DNA of 64,000 bases from Alphaproteobacteria bacterium (GCA_964291285.2 OZ219787.1:1856001-1920000); one strand, 5' to 3'. Numbered from the stretch's first letter, positions 32,901 through 42,642 are shown. Notes: generated from the letters alone by a model not told the origin. Numbers and translations are program-made.

Positions 32901-34676
32901 GGGCCGGGGCAGCCATATGGTCCGTTGATCGGCCGGAGTACCGGCGGCGAAAGCCGTATCGGCGCCCCTGGCGCCTCCAGAATGGAGGTGGAAGCCGGCG
33001 GCCGCCATCTGTCGGGAGAGTTCCGTCATGTCCTGAAGGACAGCATCGGGCGTTTCGCGGGAGCCGATGCCGGCCCAGCGCAGGGGGCTCGTCTGTGAAA
33101 GTGGCGGAGCGGCAGCCAGCGCCTGATCCTGCGCAGGATGGGCGGCGTGGGCGCGGGCAGGTGCGGTGCGCACGGGAATTCCGTTGTTGTCGGCAAGCGC
33201 CAGCAAGCGGTTGTGGGCGTTGCCGCGACCGCCGAAATCGACGATCAGGTCGGGCTTCAAGGCAATCCAGGCGTCGTCTCGGGCGTGGATATTGTAACGC
33301 TTGTGCTCGGGGTCCCACCGGGGCGGATTGGGTATGAGGGGGACCCGGCGACCGGTTGCCCAGCGGCGGACCGCGGGATCGACGCCCTCGATGCGCGATT
33401 TGCCGCCCTTGCCTTGCAGGCGGGCGCCGTAGTGCAGCACCATTTCCGGAATTCGCTCGCGGAGACGATTGAGGGCGGGGACGACTGTCTCGCGGGCGAT
33501 CCGGGGAGCGAGGTCCCCATCGCCCACGACGAGGATATGCGGTCCATCAAGGGGCGTAGGGGCGGGGTGTCCGAGTTCTGCGGCGCGCCGGGCGGAGGCG
33601 TAGTCGGCTCCTGTGAGGGTCGTTCTCGTGCGCGGGCCGCCAGCGGCGCTCATGGCGGGATCGTCGCGCTGCCATTCGCGTTCGGTGGTTTCGAGGTAGA
33701 GCGCGGCGGCGGCGTCGGTTGCCTGGGCGAGACACTCGGTTCTGACCAGGGAGGCCCGGGTGGCGTCGTCGAAGTCCTGGACGGCCCGATCGTCGGGGGA
33801 TTGGCCGAAGGCCGGGTGATGGCGCATGCGGCGGAAGACGTCGTCGGATGAGAGTTCGGCGTTCGCGTCGAGCATGCGCACGATGCGCCAGGCGCCTGCG
33901 GTGCGCTCGTCCTGGAGCTGGGTGCCGTCCGGGTAGATCCGCGTGAGGGCGTGGAACATCTGGCCGGCCGCGTCGAGCGAGCGGCCGGCGTCTGTAGCGG
34001 GAATCTCTTCGGTCGGGGAATCCGGGGCGGACGCGGAGGCGCGCAGCGCGCTGCGCTTGTCGCGGGCCCCGTCCGCGGCTTCCTGGACGCGGGTCAGGGT
34101 TTCGGGCGCGGGCTTCCAGCGATCCTCGCGGGTTGCGAAGAAGGTGGCTGCGTCGATCTGGGCGCCGTAGGAGGCGTCGGTGAACTGTGCGTCGAGAGAA
34201 CCCTGCCGCGCGAGCCAGGGGCGACCGACCGTCTGCCCGTAGAGGTTGAGGCCGTGTTCGAGAGCTTCGCGCAGGACGCCGATCTGGTTCCGGATGTTCT
34301 CGGCCTGATGGGCCGGGAGGAACTCGGCGTCGTGGGCGTCCATGTCGTCGTCGGATGATGGCGTCCGGTTGTCTTCGTCCTCAGGAGGCTCGAGGCGATG
34401 GTCGAGACGGGCCTCGAGGCGTGCAACATGGCTGCGGAGCTGGTCGACCGCGCCCCATAGAAGGCGGTCTCGATCGAGGGCCAGCGGCGAGGCATCCGAG
34501 CAGAGGGTGGAGCCGATGGCGGTAAAGAGGAGATCGACGCCTGCCCGGGCCGATTCGACGTCGCCAGGGTCGCGGCCGTCATATTCGCGTGAGGAAGGGG
34601 AAGCGCCGGGGCCCATGTGGTCCATGACCTGGGAAGTGCCGGTGGCGGGACTCGCGAGGCCTTCGATCTCGGACAT
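29967..34676 (-). CDS. Polyvalent protein with three SLOG-fold domains (two DUF2493-like, one DprA-like) and a relaxase-like C-terminal region
   Basis: DGPHILVVG...GIPV; WAGIGSRETP...SGGARGADTAF...GGTG; DGRHLAIVGG; C-terminus aligns with 34973-35970. Confidence 0.75.
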   Translation of the reverse strand: MSEIEGLASPATGTSQVMDHMGPGASPSSREYDGRDPGDVESARAGVDLLFTAIGSTLCSDASPLALDRDRLLWGAVDQLRSHVARLEARLDHRLEPPEDEDNRTPSSDDDMDAHDAEFLPAHQAENIRNQIGVLREALEHGLNLYGQTVGRPWLARQGSLDAQFTDASYGAQIDAATFFATREDRWKPAPETLTRVQEAADGARDKRSALRASASAPDSPTEEIPATDAGRSLDAAGQMFHALTRIYPDGTQLQDERTAGAWRIVRMLDANAELSSDDVFRRMRHHPAFGQSPDDRAVQDFDDATRASLVRTECLAQATDAAAALYLETTEREWQRDDPAMSAAGGPRTRTTLTGADYASARRAAELGHPAPTPLDGPHILVVGDGDLAPRIARETVVPALNRLRERIPEMVLHYGARLQGKGGKSRIEGVDPAVRRWATGRRVPLIPNPPRWDPEHKRYNIHARDDAWIALKPDLIVDFGGRGNAHNRLLALADNNGIPVRTAPARAHAAHPAQDQALAAAPPLSQTSPLRWAGIGSRETPDAVLQDMTELSRQMAAAGFHLHSGGARGADTAFAAGTPADQRTIWLPRPGFEGLRGPDCHTLPPDRLQECIRIAGRLHPAWHRCEDFARKAHARNVAILLGPNLDNPVDAVVCWTLDGKIQGGTGLGLLIAREWKIPVFNLATLSRQQAWTRLQRLHQSPAPERTVSATERAARHADREQRHALRNRHAVAEVRAMRTGQLTPSRAELARQHEDSERRARFGRLYQLTSDQLETALTRITEQMVSLDRAQNARAPHHPVDTDIPVRLAALKETYIHTTQALIHKVGEERRQEREAEALAHRPPDSITRERALTAMHSLWRLTEEGPLATEPNRLLREAAKAFNAQHRSVDERLATERRERAGLNLENTPGSEREHLALARSEPDREQSGEAFEYMLSPAELHERDQAYQDLVARSEHLSLAASTADIFAKAGTVDMSRRFDQRDRRRTRHLDGANTPEEIRQRHSELRAAHRQLIDTIYTNIATLCPDDHPSAVEPSDLVPSDRDMLLSRFAAIFRTLQREVDKSLQHISRTGKGANRLPRLRETASYLRELSGYAEKAVSKWTGLRPHARAPATTQSAGDWLMERQKRARDLHKTETLAPDGRHLAIVGGRSLGREHGHRVAELLNAERARTPDTPLVIHCINHEGAGLHAAEWAAMHGVACVTHRPTTYAAHHLQDRDTLLIGIPPATLWTFGAGKDRAASELVEAARNAPHPIEIRNMEPDMDGPLSHDILIDPPEIVDRECARIREAWEDADIAAGETALIYQPGIEALKPDINRVLTSPHLTPGDRSFLTSLKAVLESETRVRDEIVGAVSRGREHLAHYQAILERHGPTEPGTPLKNISPEYRRWDVRAEKIVQTFDNWFANEDPAHRDHIDRKRVDLVDIAEELRAIRQAARSANREPHQVALRPGSDDIVQDQRFDPGEFAGLIRQTFLPEDERNPEAVYEFARQSRAWPKQSLSMVRAFLDHAAQTREPISTRRIAQGLPPGFADGIAHINEEVWTRQAAAITRRQAVRDQGRGLSA

Positions 34677-34972
34677 GTTCGGGGTGCCCTTTTTCACTCG
34701 TTTACCCGGTCGCCGAACGTTGTCCGACAGGTGGATTTTGACACAGGAGGGGTTCAACGGCCATGCGCAGAAAGGCGGCAGTGGAGGCCGAAGTCGAAGG
34801 GGAAAGGCAGTTGCGGTGGTTTGGAGAAAACCACGGACATGTCGAGGAGAACGGAAGGGATTGTTCGTGGCGGTCAGGAAAAAGGTGGAAGGGAAGGCAG
34901 GAACAGGTGTGAAGAAGTGGTGCGAAGAAGTGGTGCGGGTTGCGCCCGTTTCCGGGGTTGGCGCAGAGGTGG

Positions 34973-37900
34973 TCAGTATGAGATGCCGCGATCCTGGATG
35001 AGGGTCTGCTGGCGGATGAGGACCTCGGCTTCGCGCCGGTAGACCTCCCGGGACAGGCCGGAGAGAGCTGACGCCAGTCCTGGCGGGAGGCCTGCGGCCA
35101 GGCGGGCGGTAGAGACTTCATGGGGGAACTCGGCGGCCCGGTCGAGGAAGCGCCGGAATGAGGTGAGGGTTTCCTTCGGATACGCGCGGTTCCAGCGGGC
35201 GAGTTCGGCAACCGCTTCGGGATCGCGTTCATCCCGGGGCTTGAGGGCGCTTTTGAGGATCGGGAGAAGGCGATCCGGATCGAAGCGCTGATCCTGGATG
35301 GCGGACGCGCCGGCGTCGGGGACTTCGATCCGGTGGGGGGCGCGGAGCGAGTCGAGACCGGCAGAGCGGATGGCTGCGAGCTCGCTTCGCAGGTCGACGA
35401 TGTCGAGGCGGCGCCGGTCGACGTGTGCCCGGTGGTTCTCGGTTTCGGCGGCGAGGGAGGCGTCGAGGGTGGCAATGAGGCGCTGGGCACGCCTGTCCCA
35501 GGATCGGTAATCGGGGTCTGAACGGTAGAGGGATTGCGGCTGGGTCTCGCGTTCGCGGCGCCGACGGTCGATTTCGACCTTGAGCGGGTCCATGGCATCG
35601 ATGCGGCGTTGCGCGGCTTCGCGCGCGCGTCGGGCCGCGCCCCGGATGCCGCCGGGCCTCGGTTGCGGGGCGGAGGGTTGTTCGGCGCTGCGGGCGGAGT
35701 GGCGTTCGAGGATTGCAGCGTAGTCCTGCAGGTGCGTGCGGGCGCGCTCGATGTTGAGGTGGATGCTGTCGCGCACCCGGGTTTCGCTCTCGACGATCCG
35801 GCTGAGCATCGAGAAGTACTCGCAGTCGGAGGAAGACAGGAGTTCGGTGTCGAGCAGGGGACCGATGCGGGGGAGCAGACTGGCGGTGCCGGGGTGGTAG
35901 ATGAGGGGTGTCTCGCCGGCTTCCTCGTCGAGGCGGTCGAAAGCTGTACGGAGACGCCGGCTCTCTGCGGCGACGGCCCCGGCGGCGGTGGGCGGCCATT
36001 CATGGTCCGTGTCGGTTACGCCGGCGGCGGTGCGGGCGGCGTGGTGGCGTTCGAGGATCGAGAGAACGCCGGCCTTTTGCTCCGGGGTGGCTTCGTCGCG
36101 GGCGGCGAGGAGTTCGAGGGCGGCCATATGGTCCGCGAGGCGCCGTGTCGGGAGGGTCGAGCCGGGCAGGAGTCGTTCGCGTTCTTCGAGGATTTGCTTC
36201 TCGGCCGGGATGGTCCGGATGACGGACACGGCGGCGGTTTCGACGGACGGTGCGGACCGAAGGCGGGCGCGCCAGGTTCGGGCATCGACAGAGTCGGGGC
36301 GCAAGGGGCCGGGCAATTTCCGGATGATGTCCGAGAAGGCGCGGACGCGGTCCCGGAGCTGGGTATATTCGCGCAGTCTGGCGACGGTCCAGGGCGCAGA
36401 GCCGGTATCGGGCTGAAGGTTGCGCCATTGCGCATCGAGGGCCGAGTGCAGGGCATCGATGTGGCTGCGAAGCTGGACCGTCGCCGCGCGCGCGGGCACC
36501 GTGTGGCTGCGAAGCTGGACCGTCGCCGCGCGCGCGGGCACCGTGTTCCGGATGAAGGCCGCCGTGCGGGCGACGAGGTCGCCGTGGTCGGGACGGTCGA
36601 GCGCCGCAAGGCGATGAGGAAGGGCGCCCCTGAACTGGCTCCAGGCTTGGGCGAGGGCGTGTGCTTCGGCCCTGTGCGCGGCGGCGCTGTCGGTGAGCCA
36701 CCGGCCGTCCGTGCGGGTGACGCCGGCGGCCTCGCGCGCCTTCTCCCAGCTCTCCAGCCGTTCCATGAACCCGGCGCGCTCGTCGTCTCTCAGGAACGCG
36801 GCGCTGTTTTCAAACGAAGCGACCGCGCGCAGGTTCTCCATGTGCTCGTGGAGGCGCCGGGTCGGCAGGGTCGAGCCCGGAAGCAGGGCCTCGCGGTCCC
36901 GGATCATGGCGTCCTCGGCCTCGATGGACCGGACGAGCATGCCGAACGCCTCCAGCGTATCCGGCGTGGCGCCGAGCCAGTCCCGCCATTTGCGTCCGGA
37001 GAATCCCGGGACGACGAACCCCTCGGGAAGCCCCCTGAGGTCGCCGGTCAGTGTGTAGGCGCGCCACCGGAGGCGGTCATATTGCCTGAACGCCGCCCAG
37101 CCGTATCCCGGTGCGGCGGTCGGCTGGCGGACGGCGGCCCGGGCCTCCTCCAGGGCCGTGTCCAGCTGCCGGAGATGGCCGGCGAGGAAGGCCGCCTGCT
37201 TCCTCGCGGTATCGGCGTCGAGCGAGGGGTCGGCGGCGTGCCGGGCGGTGCTGGCGATTACCTGCCAATGCCGGGGGTATTCGAGCGCGGCCAGCGGGTC
37301 GCCGCGCATCGCCGCGCGGATCGCGCGCCAGTCCTCGCGGAGCCGGGCTTCGGTCGCGATCCGGTTTTCGAGCTGTTCGTCGCTCGGCCAGGGCGCGTCG
37401 GTGCGCGTGACGCCGGCGTCCCTGCGCGCCTGGCGGTGCTGGCGGATGAACTGGCGGATTTTCTTGCGCGCTCCGTCGTCGAACCCGTCGAGGGCGAGAG
37501 CGCCGTTCATCGTGGCCATGTGGTCGGCCAGCCGCCGGGTCGGCAGCGTCGAGCCGGGAAGCCGTTCCTCCCGGCGCCGCATGAGCGCTTCCTCCGCGTC
37601 CCGCTGCTCGGTGAAGGCTGTCAGGATGTCCCGATAGGCCGGCGCGGCCTGGAGGCGCCGGCGCCAGAGTGCGGTTTCGGCCCTGCGGTCGCCCTGGAGT
37701 CCGGAAGCGGCATCGAGCACGGCCGGGAACGCATGGGCCTGGCGCATGAGGCGGCCATAGCCGGACACGCTCCCGGGCGAGAGGCGCTCGACGGTATTCT
37801 GCCGCAGCGGGGTTGCCTGTTTCCAGGCGCGCGTGAGCGCGGCCCCGAGCGCGGCGTGATGGCCGTCCAGGAACGCGCGCCAGCTGTGCGCGGTATCGCG

Positions 37901-40900
37901 GTCGATCTCCGGGTCGGTCGCGATCGCGACCGTCCGGCGCAGCAGTCCGGCATGCTCCGGGTCTTCAAGGAACCCGAGGATGTCGGGGCCGGTGCGGGAG
38001 CGCAGCGCGCTCCAGTCCCGTTCGAGGGGCCCGGCGAGGCTCCGGGTCCGGGCCTCCCTTGCGAGCCTGGCTTCGGCGTCGAGCGGGCCCGCCCAGCGGC
38101 GCTTCATCCGGCGCCGGAACAGCGCGAAGGCGCGGGCGCCTTCTCCGGAGACGCCGGGCCAGCGCTCGCCGGCGGTGTGTGCGCCGCTGCGCAGGAACAC
38201 GCGGACCCGGGCGAGGACGTCGCGGTGGCGGTCGAGCGTGCGGCGCACCCGCTCTGCGGCATCCGGCGCGGCGGCGGGCTCGGCCGGGGCGGGGATCGCG
38301 CTCCACTCGCGCTCGACCGCCTCCATGTCGGCGGCGAGTGCGAAGGCTTCGGCCCGGTTGGCGTTTTGGGAGAGTTGTCGGTTGGACGCGGCAATGATGC
38401 GCTGGACGGCGGCGCGGTCGGCGTGCCGGCGGACGGAGAGGCCGGGGCTTTCCCCGGGGCGGCGCGGCCCGCTGCCGGCGGTGCCGGGCTCCAATGCGTC
38501 GTTGGCAGGGATGGCGGGCTCGATCGGGTCGCGCCCGAGCTCCAGTTCGCCCTGTGCGAGGTATTCCTGCTCATTGGCGGCCAGGATGTAGTCGGTCGCG
38601 GCCTCCTTGGGCTGCGAGCGCCCGCAGAGCCGCCCCAGCGTCATCAGCACCTCGTCGTCGGAGACCTCGCGCCCGGGCTCGCCGTCGGGCGTGGCGCCGG
38701 CGATCGCGATCGCGACCGGAAGCCGGTCGGCGACGACCTGCAGGTGGTCGGTGTGCCGGGTGCAGGCCGGATAGGCGGTCTCCCGGGCCATGCCCTCGTC
38801 CAGCAGGACGAAGCCGGCGTCGATGGTGAGGCCCTGGGCGGCGGTGCAGGTTGCGGCATATGCGTAGTCGATGGTGATCTCGCCGAGCCAGTTCCGTATG
38901 TCTCCGGGCTCGAACCGGATCGTGCGCCTGTCCCCGGTGCGGGCCGTGATGAGGACCTGCGTCTTGCCGTCTTCGGTCTCGCGCTTTTCGAGGCCGGTGA
39001 CGGTGACGACGTCGCGGTTGTAGAGGCCGAGCCGCGAAACGGTGGAGCCGATCCGCAGGCGGTCGCCGACGCGGACCTCGAAATCGTCTTCCAGGGCCTT
39101 GCCGCGGTCGCGCAGGCGGTGGATGCGGATGACGGCGGTGTCCCTCGCGGGATCATGGCCGGGAGACCCGGTCGCGGCGTGGTGCCGGGCGCGGAGCAGG
39201 GCGTTGAGCGCGCGCACGTCGGCGCGGGTCCGGGCCATGACGACGGCGTCATGCTCCGGGTTCTCGGCCATGTATGCGGACCAGTGCGCGACCAGGCGAA
39301 GCAGGGCGTCCTCCTTGCCTTCCGCCAGCGCCAGGCGGCCGCGCTTGTGGAGCTCGGTGAAGGCCTGGTGCATGGCGCCCGTGCGAAGCAGGGCGGATAC
39401 GCCGAGCTGCCAGGGCCGTTCGATACGCAGGGGCTTTTCGCCGGCGGCCTTGCGTTCCCGGTTCATGGCCGTGTAGCGCTTGCGGGCGGCAGCGCGGTCC
39501 TCGCGGGTCATCGCCGCTGCCCTTTCCATGGCTTCCCCGGCCGGCAGGCCGTCGACCTCCCGAAGGAAGTCTTCCGGCGTCGCTTTCTGGCGGCGGATGC
39601 GGTCGATGCGCACGCCCTTCACGCGGTCCCTGACGATGCGCATGCCCGGACCGGCCTCGATCGGCTGCTGCTGCCGGGTGTCGCCGACGAGGACGAGCTT
39701 GCAGCCGGTCCGCTCGCTCAACCGGACGAGCTGCAGCGTCTGGCGCGTGGACAGCATGCCGGCCTCGTCCACGACCAGGACGTTGTCGGGACCGATATCG
39801 ACGGCTCCCTTGTTGACCTTGCGCAGGAAGGGGTGGACGGCGCTCGGCGGCGCGTCGATGTCGCTCGCAAGTTCGACCGCGACGGACCAGGCGACGGCGA
39901 GCGCGCGGACTGTGCGGCCTTCGGCGCGCCAGAGGTCGGCAAGGGGGCCGAGCACGTGGGACTTGCCGCTGCCGGCGGCGCCTTCGATGAGGGCGATACG
40001 ACCGGACTCCGCGGCGGCGTGGTCGATGGCCTTGCGCTGCTCGGCGCTGAAGCGCTTGCCCTTGCTGGCGAGTTCCTCGAGCAGCCGGGCGACCTTGCCA
40101 GGTTCGACGGCGTGGGTGCGGTCCGAAACCGAAAGGGCCGAGACGTGGCGCAGCGTGTGCTCGGCGCGGAGCGTGTCCCCGGTCGTGAAGATCCTCTTGT
40201 GCGCCATGCCGGCCTGCGCCTCGATGCCGGGCTCCGGATACTGGAGGGAGACCAGCTCGGCATTGCCGAGGGCGACCTCGCGCCAGCGCGCCATGGCCTC
40301 GCGGTCGACCGCGCCGGCGAGAGCGTTCTCGAGCTTCTCGATGATGTTCGGGACGTTGAAGATCGCCTCCATCTGCGCAAGCTTCCCGGGAATGGCGATG
40401 ATCTCGGCGTGGATCTCCTCGATGCGTTCGCGGGTGAGCTCCTCGATCCCGGCAGCGTGGATGCGGTCCCGGAGCTCCTCGACATCGACGACCTCCGCGG
40501 CCTCCTCCAGGAAGCGCTCAATGTCCTCCTCGGTGGTGGGGCCGCCTTCGGGCTTGTGCGAGCGGGTCGCGAGCGTCGCGGCCGCCATCTGCGCCGGGTT
40601 CGAGAGTGCTTCCTCGCCCAGATGTTCGGCGACGGCCGCGACGATCGCGGCGCGGCGCTTGCTCCAGACCTGTTCCAGCTCCGGGTCCATCTCGCGCACG
40701 CGGCTGTATTGGCCCTCCGGCCCGTGGCGCTCCATGGCGATGCCGAGGCGTTCCTGCATGATGTGGGCCAGGTGGCCCCGGAACGCCGCGCCGGCGGCCT
40801 TCTTCCAGGAGTAGAGCGGATAGCCGTGCAGGGCGCGGTATTTGCCGTCGCAATGCGTCTTCACGGCATTGAAGATCGTCGCGTGGACATGCAGCTGGGG

Positions 40901-41392
40901 ATCGCCCTCGCGCGAAGTGCGGTGCAGGAACGTCGCCGCCAGCATGTCGCCGGTCTCGATGCGGCGATCCACCCCGGCCTTTCCGACGCGTGTCGTGGCG
41001 CAGTGCTGGAACACGGTTTCGTCGAGAGCGCAGCGCGCGGCGTCGATGACGGCGCGCTCGATCTTCTCGCGATCCTCGGCCCTGGGCGTGATCGCCCATA
41101 ACGCGGAGATCGACTTGTCGGCGGAGAAGGTCATGTCGAAGCCCGGCGAGCGTTTCTCGGAGCCGGCGTTCTGCACGAGCGAGGTGCCGTCGAGGTCGGG
41201 CGAATGGCCGGCGCAGAGCGCGTAGAACTTCTTCTCCCAGACGATCCCGCCGTTCTTCAGGCCGAAAAGGCCGGCCGGGTTGTGCCACTCGCCCGGACGC
41301 TCCTTGCCGCCGCCCGTGTAGTATCCTTCATGGGCCGCCTGACTCTCGATGTAGTAGGTCGGCACGGCCATCTTCGCGAGCGTCGCTACCAC
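34973..41392 (-). CDS. MOBF (TrwC-type) relaxase-helicase with repetitive C-terminal extension (2139 aa)
   Basis: YY..GYY, FDMTFSADKSIS, HRTSREGDPQLHVH; Walker A GAAGSGKS, VDEAGM, VGDTRQ, QGLT. Confidence 0.93.
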   Translation of the reverse strand: MVATLAKMAVPTYYIESQAAHEGYYTGGGKERPGEWHNPAGLFGLKNGGIVWEKKFYALCAGHSPDLDGTSLVQNAGSEKRSPGFDMTFSADKSISALWAITPRAEDREKIERAVIDAARCALDETVFQHCATTRVGKAGVDRRIETGDMLAATFLHRTSREGDPQLHVHATIFNAVKTHCDGKYRALHGYPLYSWKKAAGAAFRGHLAHIMQERLGIAMERHGPEGQYSRVREMDPELEQVWSKRRAAIVAAVAEHLGEEALSNPAQMAAATLATRSHKPEGGPTTEEDIERFLEEAAEVVDVEELRDRIHAAGIEELTRERIEEIHAEIIAIPGKLAQMEAIFNVPNIIEKLENALAGAVDREAMARWREVALGNAELVSLQYPEPGIEAQAGMAHKRIFTTGDTLRAEHTLRHVSALSVSDRTHAVEPGKVARLLEELASKGKRFSAEQRKAIDHAAAESGRIALIEGAAGSGKSHVLGPLADLWRAEGRTVRALAVAWSVAVELASDIDAPPSAVHPFLRKVNKGAVDIGPDNVLVVDEAGMLSTRQTLQLVRLSERTGCKLVLVGDTRQQQPIEAGPGMRIVRDRVKGVRIDRIRRQKATPEDFLREVDGLPAGEAMERAAAMTREDRAAARKRYTAMNRERKAAGEKPLRIERPWQLGVSALLRTGAMHQAFTELHKRGRLALAEGKEDALLRLVAHWSAYMAENPEHDAVVMARTRADVRALNALLRARHHAATGSPGHDPARDTAVIRIHRLRDRGKALEDDFEVRVGDRLRIGSTVSRLGLYNRDVVTVTGLEKRETEDGKTQVLITARTGDRRTIRFEPGDIRNWLGEITIDYAYAATCTAAQGLTIDAGFVLLDEGMARETAYPACTRHTDHLQVVADRLPVAIAIAGATPDGEPGREVSDDEVLMTLGRLCGRSQPKEAATDYILAANEQEYLAQGELELGRDPIEPAIPANDALEPGTAGSGPRRPGESPGLSVRRHADRAAVQRIIAASNRQLSQNANRAEAFALAADMEAVEREWSAIPAPAEPAAAPDAAERVRRTLDRHRDVLARVRVFLRSGAHTAGERWPGVSGEGARAFALFRRRMKRRWAGPLDAEARLAREARTRSLAGPLERDWSALRSRTGPDILGFLEDPEHAGLLRRTVAIATDPEIDRDTAHSWRAFLDGHHAALGAALTRAWKQATPLRQNTVERLSPGSVSGYGRLMRQAHAFPAVLDAASGLQGDRRAETALWRRRLQAAPAYRDILTAFTEQRDAEEALMRRREERLPGSTLPTRRLADHMATMNGALALDGFDDGARKKIRQFIRQHRQARRDAGVTRTDAPWPSDEQLENRIATEARLREDWRAIRAAMRGDPLAALEYPRHWQVIASTARHAADPSLDADTARKQAAFLAGHLRQLDTALEEARAAVRQPTAAPGYGWAAFRQYDRLRWRAYTLTGDLRGLPEGFVVPGFSGRKWRDWLGATPDTLEAFGMLVRSIEAEDAMIRDREALLPGSTLPTRRLHEHMENLRAVASFENSAAFLRDDERAGFMERLESWEKAREAAGVTRTDGRWLTDSAAAHRAEAHALAQAWSQFRGALPHRLAALDRPDHGDLVARTAAFIRNTVPARAATVQLRSHTVPARAATVQLRSHIDALHSALDAQWRNLQPDTGSAPWTVARLREYTQLRDRVRAFSDIIRKLPGPLRPDSVDARTWRARLRSAPSVETAAVSVIRTIPAEKQILEERERLLPGSTLPTRRLADHMAALELLAARDEATPEQKAGVLSILERHHAARTAAGVTDTDHEWPPTAAGAVAAESRRLRTAFDRLDEEAGETPLIYHPGTASLLPRIGPLLDTELLSSSDCEYFSMLSRIVESETRVRDSIHLNIERARTHLQDYAAILERHSARSAEQPSAPQPRPGGIRGAARRAREAAQRRIDAMDPLKVEIDRRRRERETQPQSLYRSDPDYRSWDRRAQRLIATLDASLAAETENHRAHVDRRRLDIVDLRSELAAIRSAGLDSLRAPHRIEVPDAGASAIQDQRFDPDRLLPILKSALKPRDERDPEAVAELARWNRAYPKETLTSFRRFLDRAAEFPHEVSTARLAAGLPPGLASALSGLSREVYRREAEVLIRQQTLIQDRGISY
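36461..36544. repeat. Perfect in-frame 42-bp tandem duplication within the relaxase
   Basis: TVPARAATVQLRSH twice. Confidence 0.9.
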
Positions 41393-42642
41393 CGCGGCGG
41401 CTCCCTGGCCGGGTCCTGCGCCGACAGTCCGGAGAGGCGCCTGTGGTCCGGATTGGCGTCCAGGATGTCGCGCGTCGTGAACAGGCGCTTGTGCGCCATG
41501 CCGGCGACGGCGTCCGGGTTGGGGTCGTCGTATTCAAGCGGGAGCAGGTTGATGGTGGAGAGGGCGTATTCCAGCCACTGATCCATCGCAGTGTCGTCGA
41601 AGAGGCCGGCGGCGGCGTTCTCCACACGGGTGACGATATCGGCCGTGTTGAAGACCAGGTCCGCCGCGGCGAGAGTGCGGGGAATGTCCTCGAGCTCCCG
41701 GCGGAGCTTGTCGCGCTCCTGTTCGGTTACGTCATTGAAGGAGGATCGGACGATCCGCGCGTGCAGGGCGTCGGGATCGACGATCCCCGCTGCTTCGGCC
41801 CTGAACCGCGCGATATCGCTTTCCGTGGCCGTTCGCTTGAGGCGCAGGGCAGCGGTCGTGGACGCGCCGGCGCCGGAAGCGGCCGGATCGGGTGTCCTCC
41901 AGGCAGCGTGAACGGCGTTGACATGGGCTTGCAGCCTCGCATTACGCTTGCTCCAGAGTCCCTCGAGACCGCGGTCCATGCGGCGGACGCGGGTGTATTC
42001 GCCATGCGCGCCGTGACGCTCGATCTCCACCCCGAGGCGGCTGCGCAGCCGGCAGGCCAGGCGGTTGCGGAAGGCGGCGCCGATGGCCTTCTTCCAGGAA
42101 TACAGCGGATAGCCGTGAAGGGTACGGAAGCGGCCGTCTGAATGGGTTCTGACAAGATTGAAGACGACGCAGCTGACGTCCAGTTGGGGGTCGAGTTCGC
42201 GGGAAATGTGAAACGGGGCAATCGCGGCGAGGATGTCGCCGGTCTCGACGCGAAGCCCGCTTGCTGCTCTCCCGATGCGTGTGGTGGCGCAGTGGCGGAA
42301 GACGATCGCGGTGAGAGCGATCCTGGCGGCGTCCATGACCGCGCGCTCGATGCGCTTGCGGTCGAAGTCGGGAGAGGTGGCCCAGAGCGCGGAAATCGAC
42401 TTGTCGGGCGAGAGGACGATATCGAAGCCGGGCGTGTGTGTCCCGGATATGGCCCTGCGGGTAAGCGGGCCCGCGTTCTGCGGTGCAAATCCCCTCCATA
42501 AGGCGAGCAAGTCCTTGTCGGGAACCGTCGCCCCGTCCGGGAGATGCAGCAAACCGGCCGGATTGCGCCATGTGGCAGCGTAGGCTCGTTGGCGGTTGGT
42601 ATAGAGGGCCGGGTCGGCCAGCTTGTTGATTCTCGCTACCAC
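41386..42642 (-). CDS. Relaxase-domain-only paralog with degenerate active site
   Basis: GFDIVLSPDKSISALWA and LHGYPLYSWKKA conserved; HUH motif changed to FHISRELDPQLDVS. Confidence 0.82.
   Translation of the reverse strand: MVARINKLADPALYTNRQRAYAATWRNPAGLLHLPDGATVPDKDLLALWRGFAPQNAGPLTRRAISGTHTPGFDIVLSPDKSISALWATSPDFDRKRIERAVMDAARIALTAIVFRHCATTRIGRAASGLRVETGDILAAIAPFHISRELDPQLDVSCVVFNLVRTHSDGRFRTLHGYPLYSWKKAIGAAFRNRLACRLRSRLGVEIERHGAHGEYTRVRRMDRGLEGLWSKRNARLQAHVNAVHAAWRTPDPAASGAGASTTAALRLKRTATESDIARFRAEAAGIVDPDALHARIVRSSFNDVTEQERDKLRRELEDIPRTLAAADLVFNTADIVTRVENAAAGLFDDTAMDQWLEYALSTINLLPLEYDDPNPDAVAGMAHKRLFTTRDILDANPDHRRLSGLSAQDPAREPPRW

Noticed and set aside
34911-34936. 13-bp tandem repeat GAAGAAGTGGTGC as oriT
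   Set aside because: Only two copies and downstream of the relaxase; not enough evidence
35534-41101. 1855-aa plus-strand ORF (also 30135-33098 and 45885-50144)
   Set aside because: Antisense shadows of real minus-strand genes in high-GC DNA; no recognisable motifs
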